Part shown: positions 37,908 to 49,266 of the stretch, in pieces | Layout: every line of letters starts with the position of its first letter | How positions within the stretch are numbered: position 1 is the first letter of the stretch | Origin: Bugula neritina | Lineage: Eukaryota; Animalia; Bryozoa | NCBI GenBank assembly: GCA_964035545.1 | Contig: OZ037769.1 | Coordinates: 11,686,633 to 11,750,632, forward strand | DNA length: 64,000 bases | Direction of reading: 5' to 3' | The notes under the pieces: generated by a model | Databases searched by the model: none | Told to the model about the DNA's origin: nothing | Seen by the model: only the letters and a program-made list of their open reading frames with translations | Translations under genes and position numbers: made by a program

Positions 37908-38483
37908 CTTTCTATTGCATGTGGGCAGAAAGTAGCTAATAAGACTTATGCATGCATGTAGGCAGCTAGGTTTACTGTCAACTAGCAAAGTAAATTTTTA
38001 TAGTTTCTTAAAACTGCATGCGTTTAAGCAGCCCCTGCTCTGATTATTCAGCTATATGCTTGTCATATTAGTTAATAGTCACTCATCAGCGAATACTATT
38101 GTATTTCTTCTTTTATGGATTGAGCAAGAAACTCCAACAACCTTATCAAAGTGTTTTTACAAAACTATAAGCCTAAGATTAAATGAACATTTAGTTTAAT
38201 TCTACTAAACATGCAACGAATGTTTGAATCTTAAAGCTTCAGTAAATATATTATACTGTGTATTAGCAATTATAACTACTTGATCAAATAAAGATTAAAC
38301 TAACAAATCTTCTCCATTGCATTGGTCAAGAAGACCTACCTTTTTTTCTTTGGGAGTTATTTTCTCATCCTCTATTGCCATCGACTTGATGAGTCTAACT
38401 GGAGACTTTTCATTATCATCTTTTTGCTCTCTTTGCAGATATGCATGCTCAGGGGTTCGTAACTCCTTACTCCGTCTGCTCAT
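1123..38483 (-). CDS. PLCD: Phosphoinositide-specific phospholipase C, delta-type (PH, EF-hands, X, Y, C2), 20 coding exons, about 944 aa
   Basis: Phase-consistent GT-AG exons: 38340-38483, 29424-29631, 24636-24797, 24189-24268, 23199-23347, 22559-22688, 8962-9080, 8492-8591, 8082-8290, 7658-7743, 7279-7399, 6721-6806, 5902-5984, 4980-5190, 4440-4619, 3817-3992, 3269-3407, 2797-2946, 1986-2147, 1123-1262 (sum 2835 nt). Motifs: PH ([23 protein letters not shown]), EF-hand ([12 protein letters not shown]), X box ([67 protein letters not shown]), Y box ([42 protein letters not shown]), C2 ([28 protein letters not shown]). The first two and the last exon are supported by phase and splice sites only. 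Confidence 0.93.
3545..3822 (-). repeat. 33-bp minisatellite, 9 copies, each containing the PLC exon 3817-3992 donor ATGCAG|GTAAAA
   Basis: Minus-strand unit ATGCAGGTAAAACTATATCACAGTATCAATACT; donor GT recurs every 33 bp from 3816 to 3552. Confidence 0.95.
4245..4464 (-). repeat. 32-33-bp minisatellite, about 7 copies, duplicating the 3' end and donor of PLC exon 4440-4619
   Basis: Minus-strand unit ATGTGGAACGTGGGGTGTCAGTTAG|GTATGTT; copies degrade with distance from the exon. Confidence 0.92.
4838..4919. repeat. Imperfect (TG)n/(CG) microsatellite
   Basis: Run of tgtgtg interleaved with gcgcg. Confidence 0.85.
5297..5510 (+). mobile_element. tRNA-derived SINE, copy 1
   Basis: A-box-like TGGTCTAGGGGTTAG and B box GGGTTCGAACCC; flanked by a perfect 20-bp TSD GTTATAATAGTTTACATATA (5277-5296 and 5511-5530); homologous to three other copies in the window. 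Confidence 0.9.
6231..6447 (-). mobile_element. tRNA-derived SINE, copy 2 (more diverged)
   Basis: Reverse-complement homology to 5297-5510; imperfect TSD TGGCCAATTTATTAT / TGGCCAGTTTACTAT. Confidence 0.85.
7791..7862 (+). pseudogene. tRNA-like sequence (degenerate tRNA-Ala(TGC) or SINE head)
   Basis: A box TGGTGTAATGG, B box GGTTCGATTCC and a downstream T run; acceptor, D and anticodon stems are mispaired. Confidence 0.55.
7875..8030. repeat. Degenerate tandem repeat of about 22 bp built on TGTCATGTGAC
   Basis: Repeated catgtgac / gtcatgtga motif directly after the tRNA-like sequence. Confidence 0.7.
8288..8468 (-). repeat. 21-22-bp minisatellite duplicating the acceptor of PLC exon 8082-8290
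   Basis: Plus-strand unit TACTACAGTA(C/T)AGAGTAGATA, which reads ...TACTGTAG|TA on the minus strand; about 8-9 copies. Confidence 0.88.
10498..10802 (+). repeat. 5' LTR (305 bp)
   Basis: TGTGGTGGCTCG...AAAAATATAACA; no differences seen against 17677-17981. Confidence 0.97.
10804..10821 (+). promoter_or_regulatory. Primer binding site for tRNA-Leu
   Basis: TGGTGGCAGCGGTGGGAT, 1 nt after the LTR, complementary to the tRNA-Leu 3' end ATCCCACCGCTGCCACCA. Confidence 0.88.
10836..11703 (+). pseudogene. gag: gag, split by a 1-nt insertion near 11006
   Basis: ORF 10836 ([20 protein letters not shown]) continues in another frame as MEVAQWP...ALRARFG...[17 protein letters not shown]...AFVQSL, a retrotransposon capsid pattern. 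Confidence 0.85.
11652..11695 (+). promoter_or_regulatory. -1 programmed ribosomal frameshift signal (gag-pol)
   Basis: Slippery G_TTA_AAC (11652-11658) in the gag frame, 6-nt spacer, then 9-bp GC stem GGCCCGCGG / CCGCGGGCC; the -1 frame is open through to 12113. Confidence 0.8.
11658..16317 (+). pseudogene. pol: pol (protease, RT, RNase H, integrase) with a frameshift in the G8 run 11996-12003 and an in-frame TGA at 13351-13353
   Basis: PR LLDSG; [45 protein letters not shown]; [24 protein letters not shown]; [27 protein letters not shown] and GPY motif; about 200-aa Pro/Glu/Thr-rich tail with a 39-bp duplication at 15885-15960. Confidence 0.95.
16335..17408 (+). CDS. Retrotransposon ORF3, 357 aa: acidic N-terminus, C2H2 plus atypical zinc finger, C-terminal coiled coil
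   Basis: Uninterrupted ATG-TAA ORF between the pol stop and the PPT; [21 protein letters not shown], then [23 protein letters not shown]; basic RKRHR; heptad-rich C-terminus; no signal peptide or transmembrane segment. Confidence 0.8.
   Translation: METGSMPVNSELIQQIESELLGTTFHVNDDEDTVMADGLLDLELDTVLGQSTHDSSVPRVRSKSCDSQASNGRQSLELCCKDPPRSNNNSTFVDTLAPVSTGMPSLEMAWDPEPAPTTPTTRQLPPQLEATSNWITPATEREIRTHQGGESNRECNLCQQRFTTHRRLKVHLPQHYITTFCPCGEYSYNRDYLLRHQRTMQCYQGHVYEVDELSYPAFLNAIKPLITDSARLSRLEQGFPSPRPITSGATDKPTQSANSPPHSPIRMPHTFPRVVLQRVDTNAYTLPPPIPSSERKRHRQPTSSRSSPWARNLREVEARAHDLKQEVYRLAPRIQAASSELRYLQESIKRMKRAARN
17666..17676 (+). promoter_or_regulatory. Polypurine tract
   Basis: GGAGGGGGCAG immediately before the 3' LTR. 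Confidence 0.85.
17677..17981 (+). repeat. 3' LTR (305 bp)
   Basis: Direct repeat of 10498-10802. Confidence 0.97.
19857..21030 (-). CDS. THAP zinc-finger protein (N-terminal part of a Kolobok transposase; catalytic domain not found)
   Basis: Phase-consistent exons 20778-21030 (CEAAMC, FKWP, KWTKF, LCFQHF), 20132-20290 (LEKTAVPTI) and about 19857-20000 (YVQTP, RSKAVQC). Full THAP signature C-C-P-W-C-HF-AVPT. The 3' end is uncertain. Confidence 0.8.
23348..23472. repeat. About 19-bp AT-rich tandem repeat abutting the acceptor of PLC exon 23199-23347
   Basis: Unit TGTAATATATGT(C/T)ATATTA begins within the acceptor CTGTAA. Confidence 0.8.
25884..26294. repeat. 15-bp minisatellite, about 27 copies
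   Basis: Unit AATAG(C/T)ATAT(A/G)TAG variants; source of three spurious ORFs. Confidence 0.95.
26941..27139 (-). mobile_element. tRNA-derived SINE, copy 3
   Basis: Reverse-complement homology to copy 1; TSD TCTTACACTA at 26931-26940 and 27140-27149. Confidence 0.88.
27468..27735. repeat. About 44-bp minisatellite, 5-6 copies
   Basis: Unit AGATATGAAGGGTGAATATTATAGTGGCGTATAGTGTATAGTAT. Confidence 0.9.
29633..29785. repeat. 18-bp minisatellite abutting the acceptor of PLC exon 29424-29631
   Basis: Unit GTAACCATAACAACnnnn starts inside the acceptor CTGTAACC. Confidence 0.88.
30941..31025 (+). ncRNA. Candidate pre-miRNA-like hairpin; 3p arm TATTGCACTCAGTAACCACCGA with a miR-92-type seed
   Basis: About 35-bp imperfect stem with four G-U pairs on the plus strand and a loop of about 11 nt. 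Confidence 0.4.
37118..37220. repeat. 20-bp minisatellite, 5 copies
   Basis: Unit ACCTGCCTGTACATGCCCAG. Confidence 0.9.
37837..37904. repeat. (TA)n microsatellite
   Basis: Uninterrupted TA run. Confidence 0.97.
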
Positions 38484-39189
38484 CTCTACACTGTGTTATG
38501 CACTTGCTGGAAAAGTGCGGGAGTTTACTTCTCTTGATCACTCCCTTTCCATCATATCTAGTAGTATAAAAGAAGTATTAAATATAAATAGCAATATATT
38601 AATCTATGCATGGTAATACTTATGCATGTTTACACCAATTCACCAGCACATTTATTGAACTTTTATTATATCAACCAAGTTAACCATTATACCTTTTATT
38701 CATGCATGTAATATATTAATATTGATTGAAAAAGACATATATTCATATAATATATATTGTGTTATTGTAGGTTTTAATTGCTATGATGTGTATCTAATAT
38801 ATGTTTTATATGTACATTATTATATAATTGTTGTGTCTAATCATGTATCAGTATGAAGATTTTAACATATTATGTTTCTGCTATGCAATAAAATATGCTA
38901 AATAAACCACCATGTTTTTATGCAGTGTACAGCCTGGGAACTAATCTTTGTATATAATATCATTTACATATCATGTATATATTTGTACTATTTAGAGCTT
39001 ATTCAAGTACAGTAAATATAGTAAGATAATGTAAACAGACAATTCACTATATCAACACCATTATGTAGTCTTGGCTACCCTGGGCTGTGACAATACTCCA
39101 TGATTTATTAGTAGAGAAGAAAACTCCAGAAATATAAGTAGTTGGTGTAGGATATGTAATGATCACAATGTAAAACCAAAGTAATAATG

Positions 39190-39272
39190 TTGGTAGTTGT
39201 AGTAGTGGTGGTGGTGGTGGTGGTGGTGGCGATGGCGGCGGTGGTAGTTATAGTAATGTGGTGGTGGTGGTG
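39190..39272. repeat. (GGT/GTA)n trinucleotide tract
   Basis: ggtggtggt run with variants. Confidence 0.8.
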
Positions 39273-40719
39273 ATCATAGTATTGGCAGCATTGGTGGAAA
39301 AATATTAACTAGCTGATTTCTGAAGAGCTAGCCTAGCAACACTAGCAGGCTAAGTAAGGTGAAAGGGCAAACATCTAAAGCCGAACTATTTGTAACGTTG
39401 GCATGTGAATAACTTATAATTCCATTGATTATATAATGTGATTTCACTTCAACTTTTGCTAACAAAATTTTCTGCTCATTTTACAAAATTATTGAGTTCA
39501 TAAATAATTCATTACCCTCAAATTTGTAATCTACTGTAATATTTTAAAATTGCATTAAATATTCAAATATACTTGTTAGCATATGTTTCATATTACCAGG
39601 GTATATAAATTGTAGAAGCCCACTTCAGTACAAGCTAATGCTGGTGAATCAATACAAATCATTTTAAAACCTGCTTAAGTCCTGAAAATTCAATAGAAAT
39701 GATTAAAAAACATATTTTGTTTTTTAACCCAACAGTACATGCATGCACAATAGGTTGACCTTATTTATGGCAGCAGAATTCATGTACCAGCTAAAGTTAT
39801 ATTTCTGTAAAAACAAGTATGCACATGATATAGGTATATCTGCAGCTGCTTTGCTTTTGCATTACAATCTTTCAATACTGCTTTTCCATGACCTCACATT
39901 ATATGTGAACGGATGCTCATACATGAATTTGGGGTTGCATTTTCGTTTAACTTATGTTTGTGATTTCCAAACATGGAATGAAAATCCACTTGCATAAAGC
40001 GAAGCTTGGAAATGTAGTGAGTGTTTCAATGTCAAAGAATGAAAGCGCCAATTCCAGGAACTGCTAGTTAATTCATGTTAAGTCATAATAATTAATAATT
40101 CGCATATCCAATAATCAAATTTCTCAATTGAATTGTAATCATTAGATGTGAAAACAGTAGTCAGCTAGCGGGTTGTGAGTAATCTACTATAACTAACAGA
40201 ACTGTAGAGTGTTGAAAATTCTTTTAAAACTATAACATAGAGGGTAAAATATTTGTAGCTGCAGCAAGGTCATTGGGTTAATCAGAACAACACTGCATGG
40301 CTATAGTAAAATCAGCACTAAAAAGACTGAAATGTTGCATGATTGTATGATTAGCTTTTTGATTTCATATCTTTGATATTCCCCCTGCCTGCTCAGTACT
40401 AGCTACTGTAGAATACAATCTCTAGCAACACTAGGCAGGGAAATACTTTTATATAGGTGAACTATAGTCTGGGTTTAGAGGAGTACCGTTACAAATTGGC
40501 TCATATTATTACTTGTCAACACCATAACTACAAGCACTTGATGGTCTGTAGCTGTGTTTACACCACGTCACTTATTATTATATCCTGCATGTGTGGTATT
40601 CACTAGTAACTAGTTTTATATTGCCACTTAAATTTGCCAAACTTTTCAGTGTAAATAAACTACAGTACACTTGAGTACATATGAGCACTTTTATAGTGTA
40701 TATATGTGCAATTACCTCC

Positions 40720-40953
40720 ACACACTTGCACATGTGTAGCACACACACAACACATACACGATACACATACAAAACCCCCACACAAAACACACCCACACAA
40801 AACACACCCACACAAAACACACCCACACAAAATGCACACATAACACATGTACAATGTGCATGCACACACACATCCAAACACACAACACATACATGTAGGT
40901 ACATGTACACACATGACATGTATACATATGCATCACCTATGTGCATATACATA
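40720..40953. repeat. CA-rich low-complexity tract with a 15-bp repeat ACAAAACACACCCAC
   Basis: Seen directly; explains four overlapping spurious ORFs. Confidence 0.85.
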
Positions 40954-43900
40954 TAGCAGACTAAAACCTGCCCCTAGCCTTTAATAAATCCGCATGCATT
41001 TACTGCAGCCGTAAACCAAAGTCTCTAGAGCACTTTATAACTATAACACATTTCTCCTGATGTGATGCTATTTAAAGCTTGAAAAGCAAATAAGCTAAAT
41101 TGGTCATACTACAAGCTATCTATTATAATATATGGTAAAACATTTGATAAATGAATGCATGGAACACAATCTCTGGTATCCAAGCAAACAGTGCATTAAT
41201 TAATAAAGTAACAAACAGTTATAGATGAAACTTTCATGACCACCCTGTATACTGGTTGCGTAAGTGGTGTGAAATTAACTCTCATATCTTTTGACAGTAT
41301 TTATTTTGGTGTGAGTTTTATACAGCTAATAATGTACAACACTAATCAATTAGCCATACTACTTTGAGTTTGGCTAAAGTAGTTCATGCTTTTCATATAA
41401 CTGTAAAAAATATAATCCATTAGATTGGCAAAACTGCTGTAATACTGATTATTATAATGCTTAATGCAATTATCAAATCAATTTAAAAAAAAACTTTTTA
41501 GTTCAAAAGTACAAATAACCAAATCAAATTTGGACTAAAAACCCTTGTTGTTTTTATTCTCACTTTGACTTGCTTAATGTAATTCAGTACTATAATGTAT
41601 AAACTCTAAGAGCAATTAGATACAGATTATATGCAATCAATATAGATAAATATATTTCACTACAGATTGAATTGCAAAATTTCAAACCTAAGTATTTTGT
41701 TTAATATAAACACCCACTTTTGTCTTTCAGCAAACAATTTCCTATTTTGAAAATAGATACTATATTAATTTAGCATTTTATTTATTACACATTACAAATT
41801 AACATAAAATAACCAGACTCAAACTTTCTAGTTAATGATGATGAGAACAAATTGAAAACATTAGAAGAAACTTTATAATTTAGCTAATTACAATACTAGA
41901 AACATGCTGCGAGTGATTTAATGGAAATGTGAATTAAATACAATTAAAATGCATAATCACTTGAAATGTATGAGGTAGCAATTACATGATGTAGTTTGAG
42001 TTCACTACACTTATAGACATTTCACTATAGCTATTCTCATGCTCTAAATTTCTCATCACCTCATGACATGTTTACGTATTCACAGCACTACGTACTATAA
42101 AATAATTAGCATAAAAATAAACACAGATATCAGTAAGAATTTATGTTAATTCCAGACCCGGCTGGTTTACTGTAAGAAATAAAGTAAATTGGTTCAATTT
42201 CCGTCAAATAGCTATGACTTCCATTCCATAAGATTGACTGCCAAAACTAATAAAATTTTGATGAACTCTTAAAACCTGGAAATTGCTGTAACAACTTATA
42301 GGACTATCAAAACTTCTCTACAGCTCCTAACACACATCACACAATACATTATTACTAGCTTCCCATATTCCTTACAGTTTTCCAATAATTCGTCCTATGA
42401 ATAGTTTCATGATCCCTAATGAAATGATGAATACAATTTTTAGGAAGTTTTAAAAGGGTGGGCAACTAAAACTAATGACTCATTGAGACATTCCATTACA
42501 GAAAAGTGGTGTGACACTACAGATAGCAGGTAAAACAAACAACTATGGTTGATAAGCAACTGGGAGGAGAGACTGAGTAGAGGTACTCAAGTTACTATCA
42601 GTAGAATGTAGCTCAAGAATGTCTAGTAGTCTAGCTTATCATAACTACTTGAAATTAGTCAAATCTCTTATAAGAACTATCTCAAATGATGCATGCAGCA
42701 TAGCTATACCTAGTAATAAATGATATTACATTGTAGTAACTAAGCTATAATTATATAACCATGGGTACGTGGGCCATTGAAGTTTGATACAGAAGCGTGA
42801 AGTTCATAGACACTTCTGTCATGCAGTTTTGTTATTTGAATATAATTATTATTACAATGAATACACATTCCATAAGTCATCACCTGCTGCTTAGAAGTTA
42901 AAGAATTTCAGCTTTGTGAATTCAAATTTAAAATGTTGTGCTATACATCACTTTTCCCAAGCTTCAAACTATGTGAATGAATTATTCATTGATATTTCCA
43001 AACAGTTGCATCGAATTAAACTGCAACCAGAAGCTTATGCAAACCGCAACCACAAATTCATCATTTTGACCACCCAGTCATGTAATGCGAAGTATTGGAA
43101 AGGCAGTGATAATATACTTGTATTAAGTTGTATATAATAAGAATACCATCCCAAAACTACGCATGTGTGATATAAGTTAATATACAGCATTATATTAGTG
43201 TATACTTGAATTAGCTAGGTTTACTATATACTATTAAAGCTATATTCTATTATTTTTGCATCTGTTAAACATTATATGTACCCTTGAAATAATTTTATGC
43301 TTGCATATTGTGGAGTAACATAATACGTCGGTAGGCATGTTTCACAAGACATGATATGGTGCTGGCCACATTTATTATACCTCCAGCCATACCTGAAACC
43401 AGCTACTACAGTTTTTCTACTCATCTCAACTTAATTACATGAAATAGAAAATAAAGCATGACACGCAGATTAATGTAGCCTTGTGATATAGTATATGACA
43501 GCATTGAAGCAGCAATTTATGACAGCATATAAATAAAAAGTTATATACAATCTTCGGGGAAAATGCCTTTTTGTGAAACATTCAAAGTTGCACTTTACTG
43601 GTGATAATTGAGAATAAATAAGTATAAACATTGCTTTCTAAATAATTGTGAAGATAAAATTTATACACTCTTTCCTGTTTATAACTTCAAGTAAAAGTTT
43701 CTGCAATTTGTCTATAAAAAACAATGTTGTTCATAATTATAGTAATTATCTAAAGCTTCTACTATGTTACTTACAGTACAAACCATTGTTTCTACGCTAC
43801 TGATTATGATACGTGTATTATAGCTAAAGTTTCCACAATTGACTTTTGCATTAGGTTTATAAAACAAGTGTATGAATTAAAGTAGTTTTTATTAATAGCT

Positions 43901-45763
43901 GTTTAACATACCCAAATGGTTTCCTTTGCTTTTGATACTAGCTGTTGGATTGATAGGCAATAGTGAAAGGCATTATAAGTATTATCTATTGATAAATGGA
44001 TAGCTGTTTATAGGTTATCAATAAGTTGTAATCTAAGCCACACAATGCATGCTACTATCAGCACTGCATTTGCATTGTACGTGGCTATATATTTGGCTTA
44101 AGCTCATGCTTCAAAGGATAATAGGCAATTACACTTGAGAGACATCATTGTAGACTTACCAATGAGCTCTCCGCATGGACACAAATCACTGCTTGCTTTT
44201 GTTCAGAAATACTTCATATTTGATAGAAGAGCATGAACTAATATATGGATTTACATAAATTAAAGTTCAACACCCACCCAGGAATCTTTTAATGACTATG
44301 TTGCTACGAGTATGAATGAGCTACAGCAATGGAAGGCCATTTTCTTAAAAACTAGAGTTATCCCCCCTATTCAGTCAAGCGGTTACTAACTAACATTTTA
44401 CAGCATCCAACAAAACATATAGACATATTAGTTGTAATTTTTACTAGTTTATTGCAGCTTAGATTATTGTGATCACAGAAAGCTTTTCTTTATACAGTGA
44501 CTGCTCTCTACCTGTATGACTCCAAGCTTGGCTATGCAAATATTTTTGACCAAAAAGAGACTGAAAATTTGATAACTTTCTATGCTGTGTTGTCTGGAAC
44601 TATTAGTTATCGAGTCATTATATTATGCTTATACGTGTAGTGCAGAATATAGCAGAGACCATAAGTTAACAGCATATTGATCTGTACAGGCCAACAGCGG
44701 AAAAGGAAGAATACCTAAAACCTTCACTATTCTGTCAAAAAATTCTTATTCAATAGTCAAAGACTTTTCTTAGTACTTAGCAATTTTGTGCAGAAGTTTA
44801 AAATAATAATATGTATGTTTTTTATACAACCAAATCATCTAGTTCTAGATGACTGGCTTAGCTTGGGGAAGAGAAGAAAACCCGGCTGTCCTTATGAAGG
44901 AGGGTGAATAGTAAATAGTTGAGGGAAGTAAATGCAAGGCTCAAAAATGCAGATATAAATAGAACTTCTCAATAATCTATAATATACATCAAACGGGCAT
45001 GTAGCTGTTTATATCCCGTTATGCTTAGTCATCCCATGACCTAATGCAAGCAGTAAGCTAAGCTATAGTTATCATTGATGTCTCCAGATATTAGAGCCTG
45101 GAATTACTATTATAACCGTCTGTTAGCATCCTTGAAGTTAACCATAAAGCGCAACGATAACAAATTTAATATATTCACCCTTTCTATATAAACAAATAAA
45201 TATCTCATTTTTATTCTACAACAGAACCTACTATTTAGTAAAATATAATAAAAAATTAATTTAGAAACATGAAAAAATATTTCAAAGCCACAAAATATTA
45301 TTTCGAATCTTTGTAATACAAAAGAAGTATAGCATTTAAATACAACCGTTGTATACTTATTAGATAATGGTTTGACTATATAGAAACTGACTGTTGATTG
45401 TAAAGTGTTAAAACCCTTAAATTATTAATATGTTAAAGTATTAAATTATAATGGCCAAAATGTGCTACACAAATACCTCACATTATACAGGTAAAACCAC
45501 AAGAAAAAAACCACAGAAGCAAATAATTTATATTAAATATTCTAAAATAGGTGAGTACTGACTGAAACTGTAATTATTAAAAACATTTTAGCTAACATTA
45601 AATAGAACATTAATCGAGAAATATTAATTAAAGAAATCTTCATTGTAAAAGCACAAAACTGATTAAAATTGAAATTCATTAACAATGGAAGGCAAAGCAA
45701 CATTAAGTAGAAAAGTTGTTCAATCACGGAACATTGAGCATTGTAAACAGAGAGAGAAATCTG

Positions 45764-46617
45764 CTAAGAGAGTGGGGAGGTAACAGAGAGTGAGTTGCCA
45801 TCAGGGTCAGTAATCTGCTGCCATGCAGTTGAGTCATGAGACGGCAGCAGTCCCAAAGGAGAGAGATGGGAGAGAGACTTGTAATACAGACAGAGAGAAG
45901 ACTTAGAAGGAGGTGGCATTGTAACGGCAGCATCAAACCTCAGCATGAATTCGCAGTACCTATTGCCAAGGGGGAAGGTAACACTGTCAACCTACAATAG
46001 AGAATGTACACTAAGGAATCAGCCTTGTAGCTCATTGTTCAGTACACAGCGGATCTTATATCTGCATTTGTATATCTGAATACAGACTTCTGCATACAGA
46101 TATGCAAAACACCTGTGTGCCTATGTGTCAGTGAAAACCTTTGTAAATTGAAACCCCATACCAACCCTGTCTCCTCTACTGTCTCCTCTATGTAAGTATT
46201 CTAGCATTACTAAAGATACTACACAGCTAGAAAGAGTTGAGTTATCAGTATACATGCTTTCACAAAAATGTAACAGTAGATAACCAGGCCTTGCATTGTA
46301 TTCTATTCATAACTTGACACCAAAAAAGGCAAACATTGAATCAACAACTATTTCTTGTTTGAAAAGAAGCGTGATATCTACCTGACTAGAATCTGTTTCA
46401 ACAAGTGGCTGTGTAGAGAACATTGTCGAGTAGAACTTCTTACACTCCTCCATGGAAGACTGACTACTGGTGTTTAAAATAAACTGGATTCCACTAGACA
46501 TACCTGTAAGGAAGTTCAAAGTGAATCGGTCACGAAAATGGTGTTATCGTGTCAGTATGCACAGTTTGTCTTTTTCTTCATGCGGGGAAGTAGTATTAGT
46601 AGTATTAGTACTAGTAC

Positions 46618-46649
<32 letters not shown>

Positions 46650-49266
46650 CTAGTAGTATTAGTAGTAGTACTAGTGGTAGTAGTAGTAGTAGTAGTACTA
46701 GTAGTAGTAGTGCTAGTAGCAACAGAAGTGATAGACAAACCTGAACTGAGCCGAACAGCAAACCCGACAGAGGGGGAGAGCTTGTGAACAAAAAGCTGAC
46801 TATTCTCCAACTTGTGAACTACTCTGTCTATCTTCAGCCAGTTCTTAGAGTTGAGCTGATTGCACATGGACTGATAGCGGGAGTGGGTGGTGGGCAGCTT
46901 CGTACTCAGACTGAAGAGGATGATGATCCTGGGCATCTCACCGCCGCTAATTGTTGCCTCGGTATTAGCGCTACTCTCAGACACATGCATGAACCTGAGT
47001 GAGATGTAGCACAGAGAGGTGGCGTCACCAAGGATTGTATTACGATAAAAATAAGTTGAACTATTACAAAATGCAACTATAATTACGGTCAATCTCAACA
47101 AACTTCATTTTCATTATCTTGAATAATTTTATCAACAGCCATTAGAATAATATAAAGAATTAAAAAACTAACTAATGATCGTTGCAAATTATTTATAGAA
47201 AATAAATTTCATAACCCAACAATAGTTACGGTTTCAACTATTACAAAATTCATTCTGTTGCAAATACATGTAACTTGTTTAGAAATATTCTGCTGAATGA
47301 GAAATAATAATTTCTTTAGAGCTGCTCGGCAAAAACACCATTGAATAACTCAACGATGAGTGTGTGTAAACATGCCTTACTGTAGCTGTGTTGGTTAACT
47401 AAAAAATACTTACAGATTTCCTGCAAATGGAGTGAGAATAGCTTCTTTTACGTCATTGCAGAACTCAGACTTCGTGGAGGATGGCTGAGGGATGTGAACA
47501 AAGCAAGGGTATATCACCTGGGTACTCAGTGCAGCTGTGAACACAAGATAGGATAGTGTGAGTCAGAAGTGACTTTGGGCTGTCTGATGAATGTGTGTGT
47601 AAATGTAGAGGTCAGAGGTGAAGTAGATGTAGAGGTCAGAGGTGAAGTAGATGTAGACGTCAGAGGTGAAGTAGATGTAGAGGTGAAGTAGATGTAGAGG
47701 TCAGAGGTGAAGTAGATGTAGAGGTCAGAGGTGAAGTAGATGTAGAAGTAGATGTAGAGGTTAGAGGTGAAGTAGATGTTAAGGTAGTCGATGGTAAATA
47801 TTAGGATCAAAGGTCAAGTAGATGTAGAGGTTAAAGGTAAAGCGGATGTAGGTGTCAGAGGTCAAGTTGATGTAGAGGTTAAAAGTAAAGCGGATGTATG
47901 GGTCAAGATTATGTAGAGGTCAGGGATACAGTAGATGCACCATAACAGCAGCAAAAGTAAACTAACAATTATAGAAACATGGCTCCTGCATTGTACAAGA
48001 TAAACATAGATAAATACACAAGACTCACTTTGCATGCTACTGTACGAAAAAGGCATATCATTACAGAAAATCTTTACGTCCTCGTCTGTATCGAATTTGA
48101 CTAGCAATAGAGACCCTTTCCATCTACAAAACCGCGTGTAGCATATAACAGAATGAGAATATGAAACAACACTAATAACCCTAAAAAAAATTTCAGATAA
48201 ACAACCTCACAGAAATCAATGCTGTGTTGAAAACGCTAGAGACGCCACTACATGGCATAGTGACATTCATACCTGCATATTTGAGCAGACCGAGATTTAG
48301 AATTTATCTTTTGCTTAAGCACATCACTTGTTGGTGTGGGAGATACATCAACAAGTAAGAGACGAGTTTCTGACAACCCTTGGGTTGAACTGTTCAACTT
48401 TTCCCCCCAACTCGCAGAGACCTAGATTAATATTATACAACATCAGAATACTCAACAACATATAAACTACTACAAGTAACAACTCATTGGGTGTTCACAT
48501 CAGAAATACTGTTGCAGGTTCGATGCAGGCACCAAGGTGTAAGTAATCTTGGGCCTCAAACAGGCCTGAGAGAATAATTGATAGACATAAAGACAAGTCA
48601 AGCATAAGCTGCACACTCCAGTAACAAATGCTAAGATTAATAAAACTACATGATTTTTCAAATGCTGAATTACTGAACAATTTGAAATGTTTTCTTGACA
48701 ACACAACAAACTTCTACACAGGACGCTGTTTACTTGAAGTTCAGCATCAAAAGTACTTACTGAAGTAAGTAAACCAGTTCTAACACTTTACAATTTAGAT
48801 AAAAAATACTGATATGAAGCTCTAATCAAATCAAATAAACCATTTTATCTGATGATCATGTTATGCAATATCAACCAGATTTGAAATTGTGGCTACGCTG
48901 TGTGTTTGTGTCTATACATGACTTTACTGAGCACTGAAGAAACTGTTATAGCTCCATCCTAAATTCTCACAAACCGAAATACCTGACTGAATGAATAAAG
49001 CATCGGATGTTTTATTCAATGCATTACAAGGGTTCAAATTACCAACAAACTGCTTTACCAGTGAGAAGAGGTTATTTGATGAGGCATGGTCAGTTTCATC
49101 TTGCCCGGGTGGTGTCAATGAGCTCCCCGACTCTACCTTAAGACGACCAATCCGCTCATACACGACACTAACCAGAGAATACCTTCGCTCTGATGTATAA
49201 TCAACATCCTGTCTTGGGAAGATATTGGAGCTGTCAAGATTAGACATTTCACATCTAGCACATTTC
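45764..49266 (-). CDS. FAM124: FAM124-like protein with a long N-terminal extension (multi-exon, 5' structure uncertain)
   Basis: Phase-consistent exons 48273-48421, 48029-48123, 47414-47534, 46741-46994, 46382-46503 and 45764-45991, plus probable upstream exons 48928-49266 and one starting at 48779. The C-terminal half (FVHIP, FMHVSE, PRIIILFSL, FAVR, KFYSTMF, WQQITDPDGNSL) follows the FAM124 motif order. Confidence 0.68.
46590..46719. repeat. (TAG)n imperfect microsatellite, intronic
   Basis: Lies in intron 46504-46740; produces poly-Thr/Val/Ser pseudo-ORFs. Confidence 0.92.
47603..47923. repeat. 24-bp minisatellite TGTAGAGGTCAGAGGTGAAGTAGA, intronic
   Basis: Repeated units degrading rightwards. 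Confidence 0.9.

Noticed and set aside
40578-40956. Cys/Val/His-rich ORFs
   Set aside because: CA-rich low-complexity sequence.
41970-42070. TGAGGTAG let-7-like seed
   Set aside because: The rest does not match let-7 and there is no hairpin at pre-miRNA spacing.
46470-46791. Mucin-like poly-Thr, poly-Val and poly-Ser ORFs
   Set aside because: (TAG)n microsatellite inside intron 46504-46740 of the FAM124-like gene.
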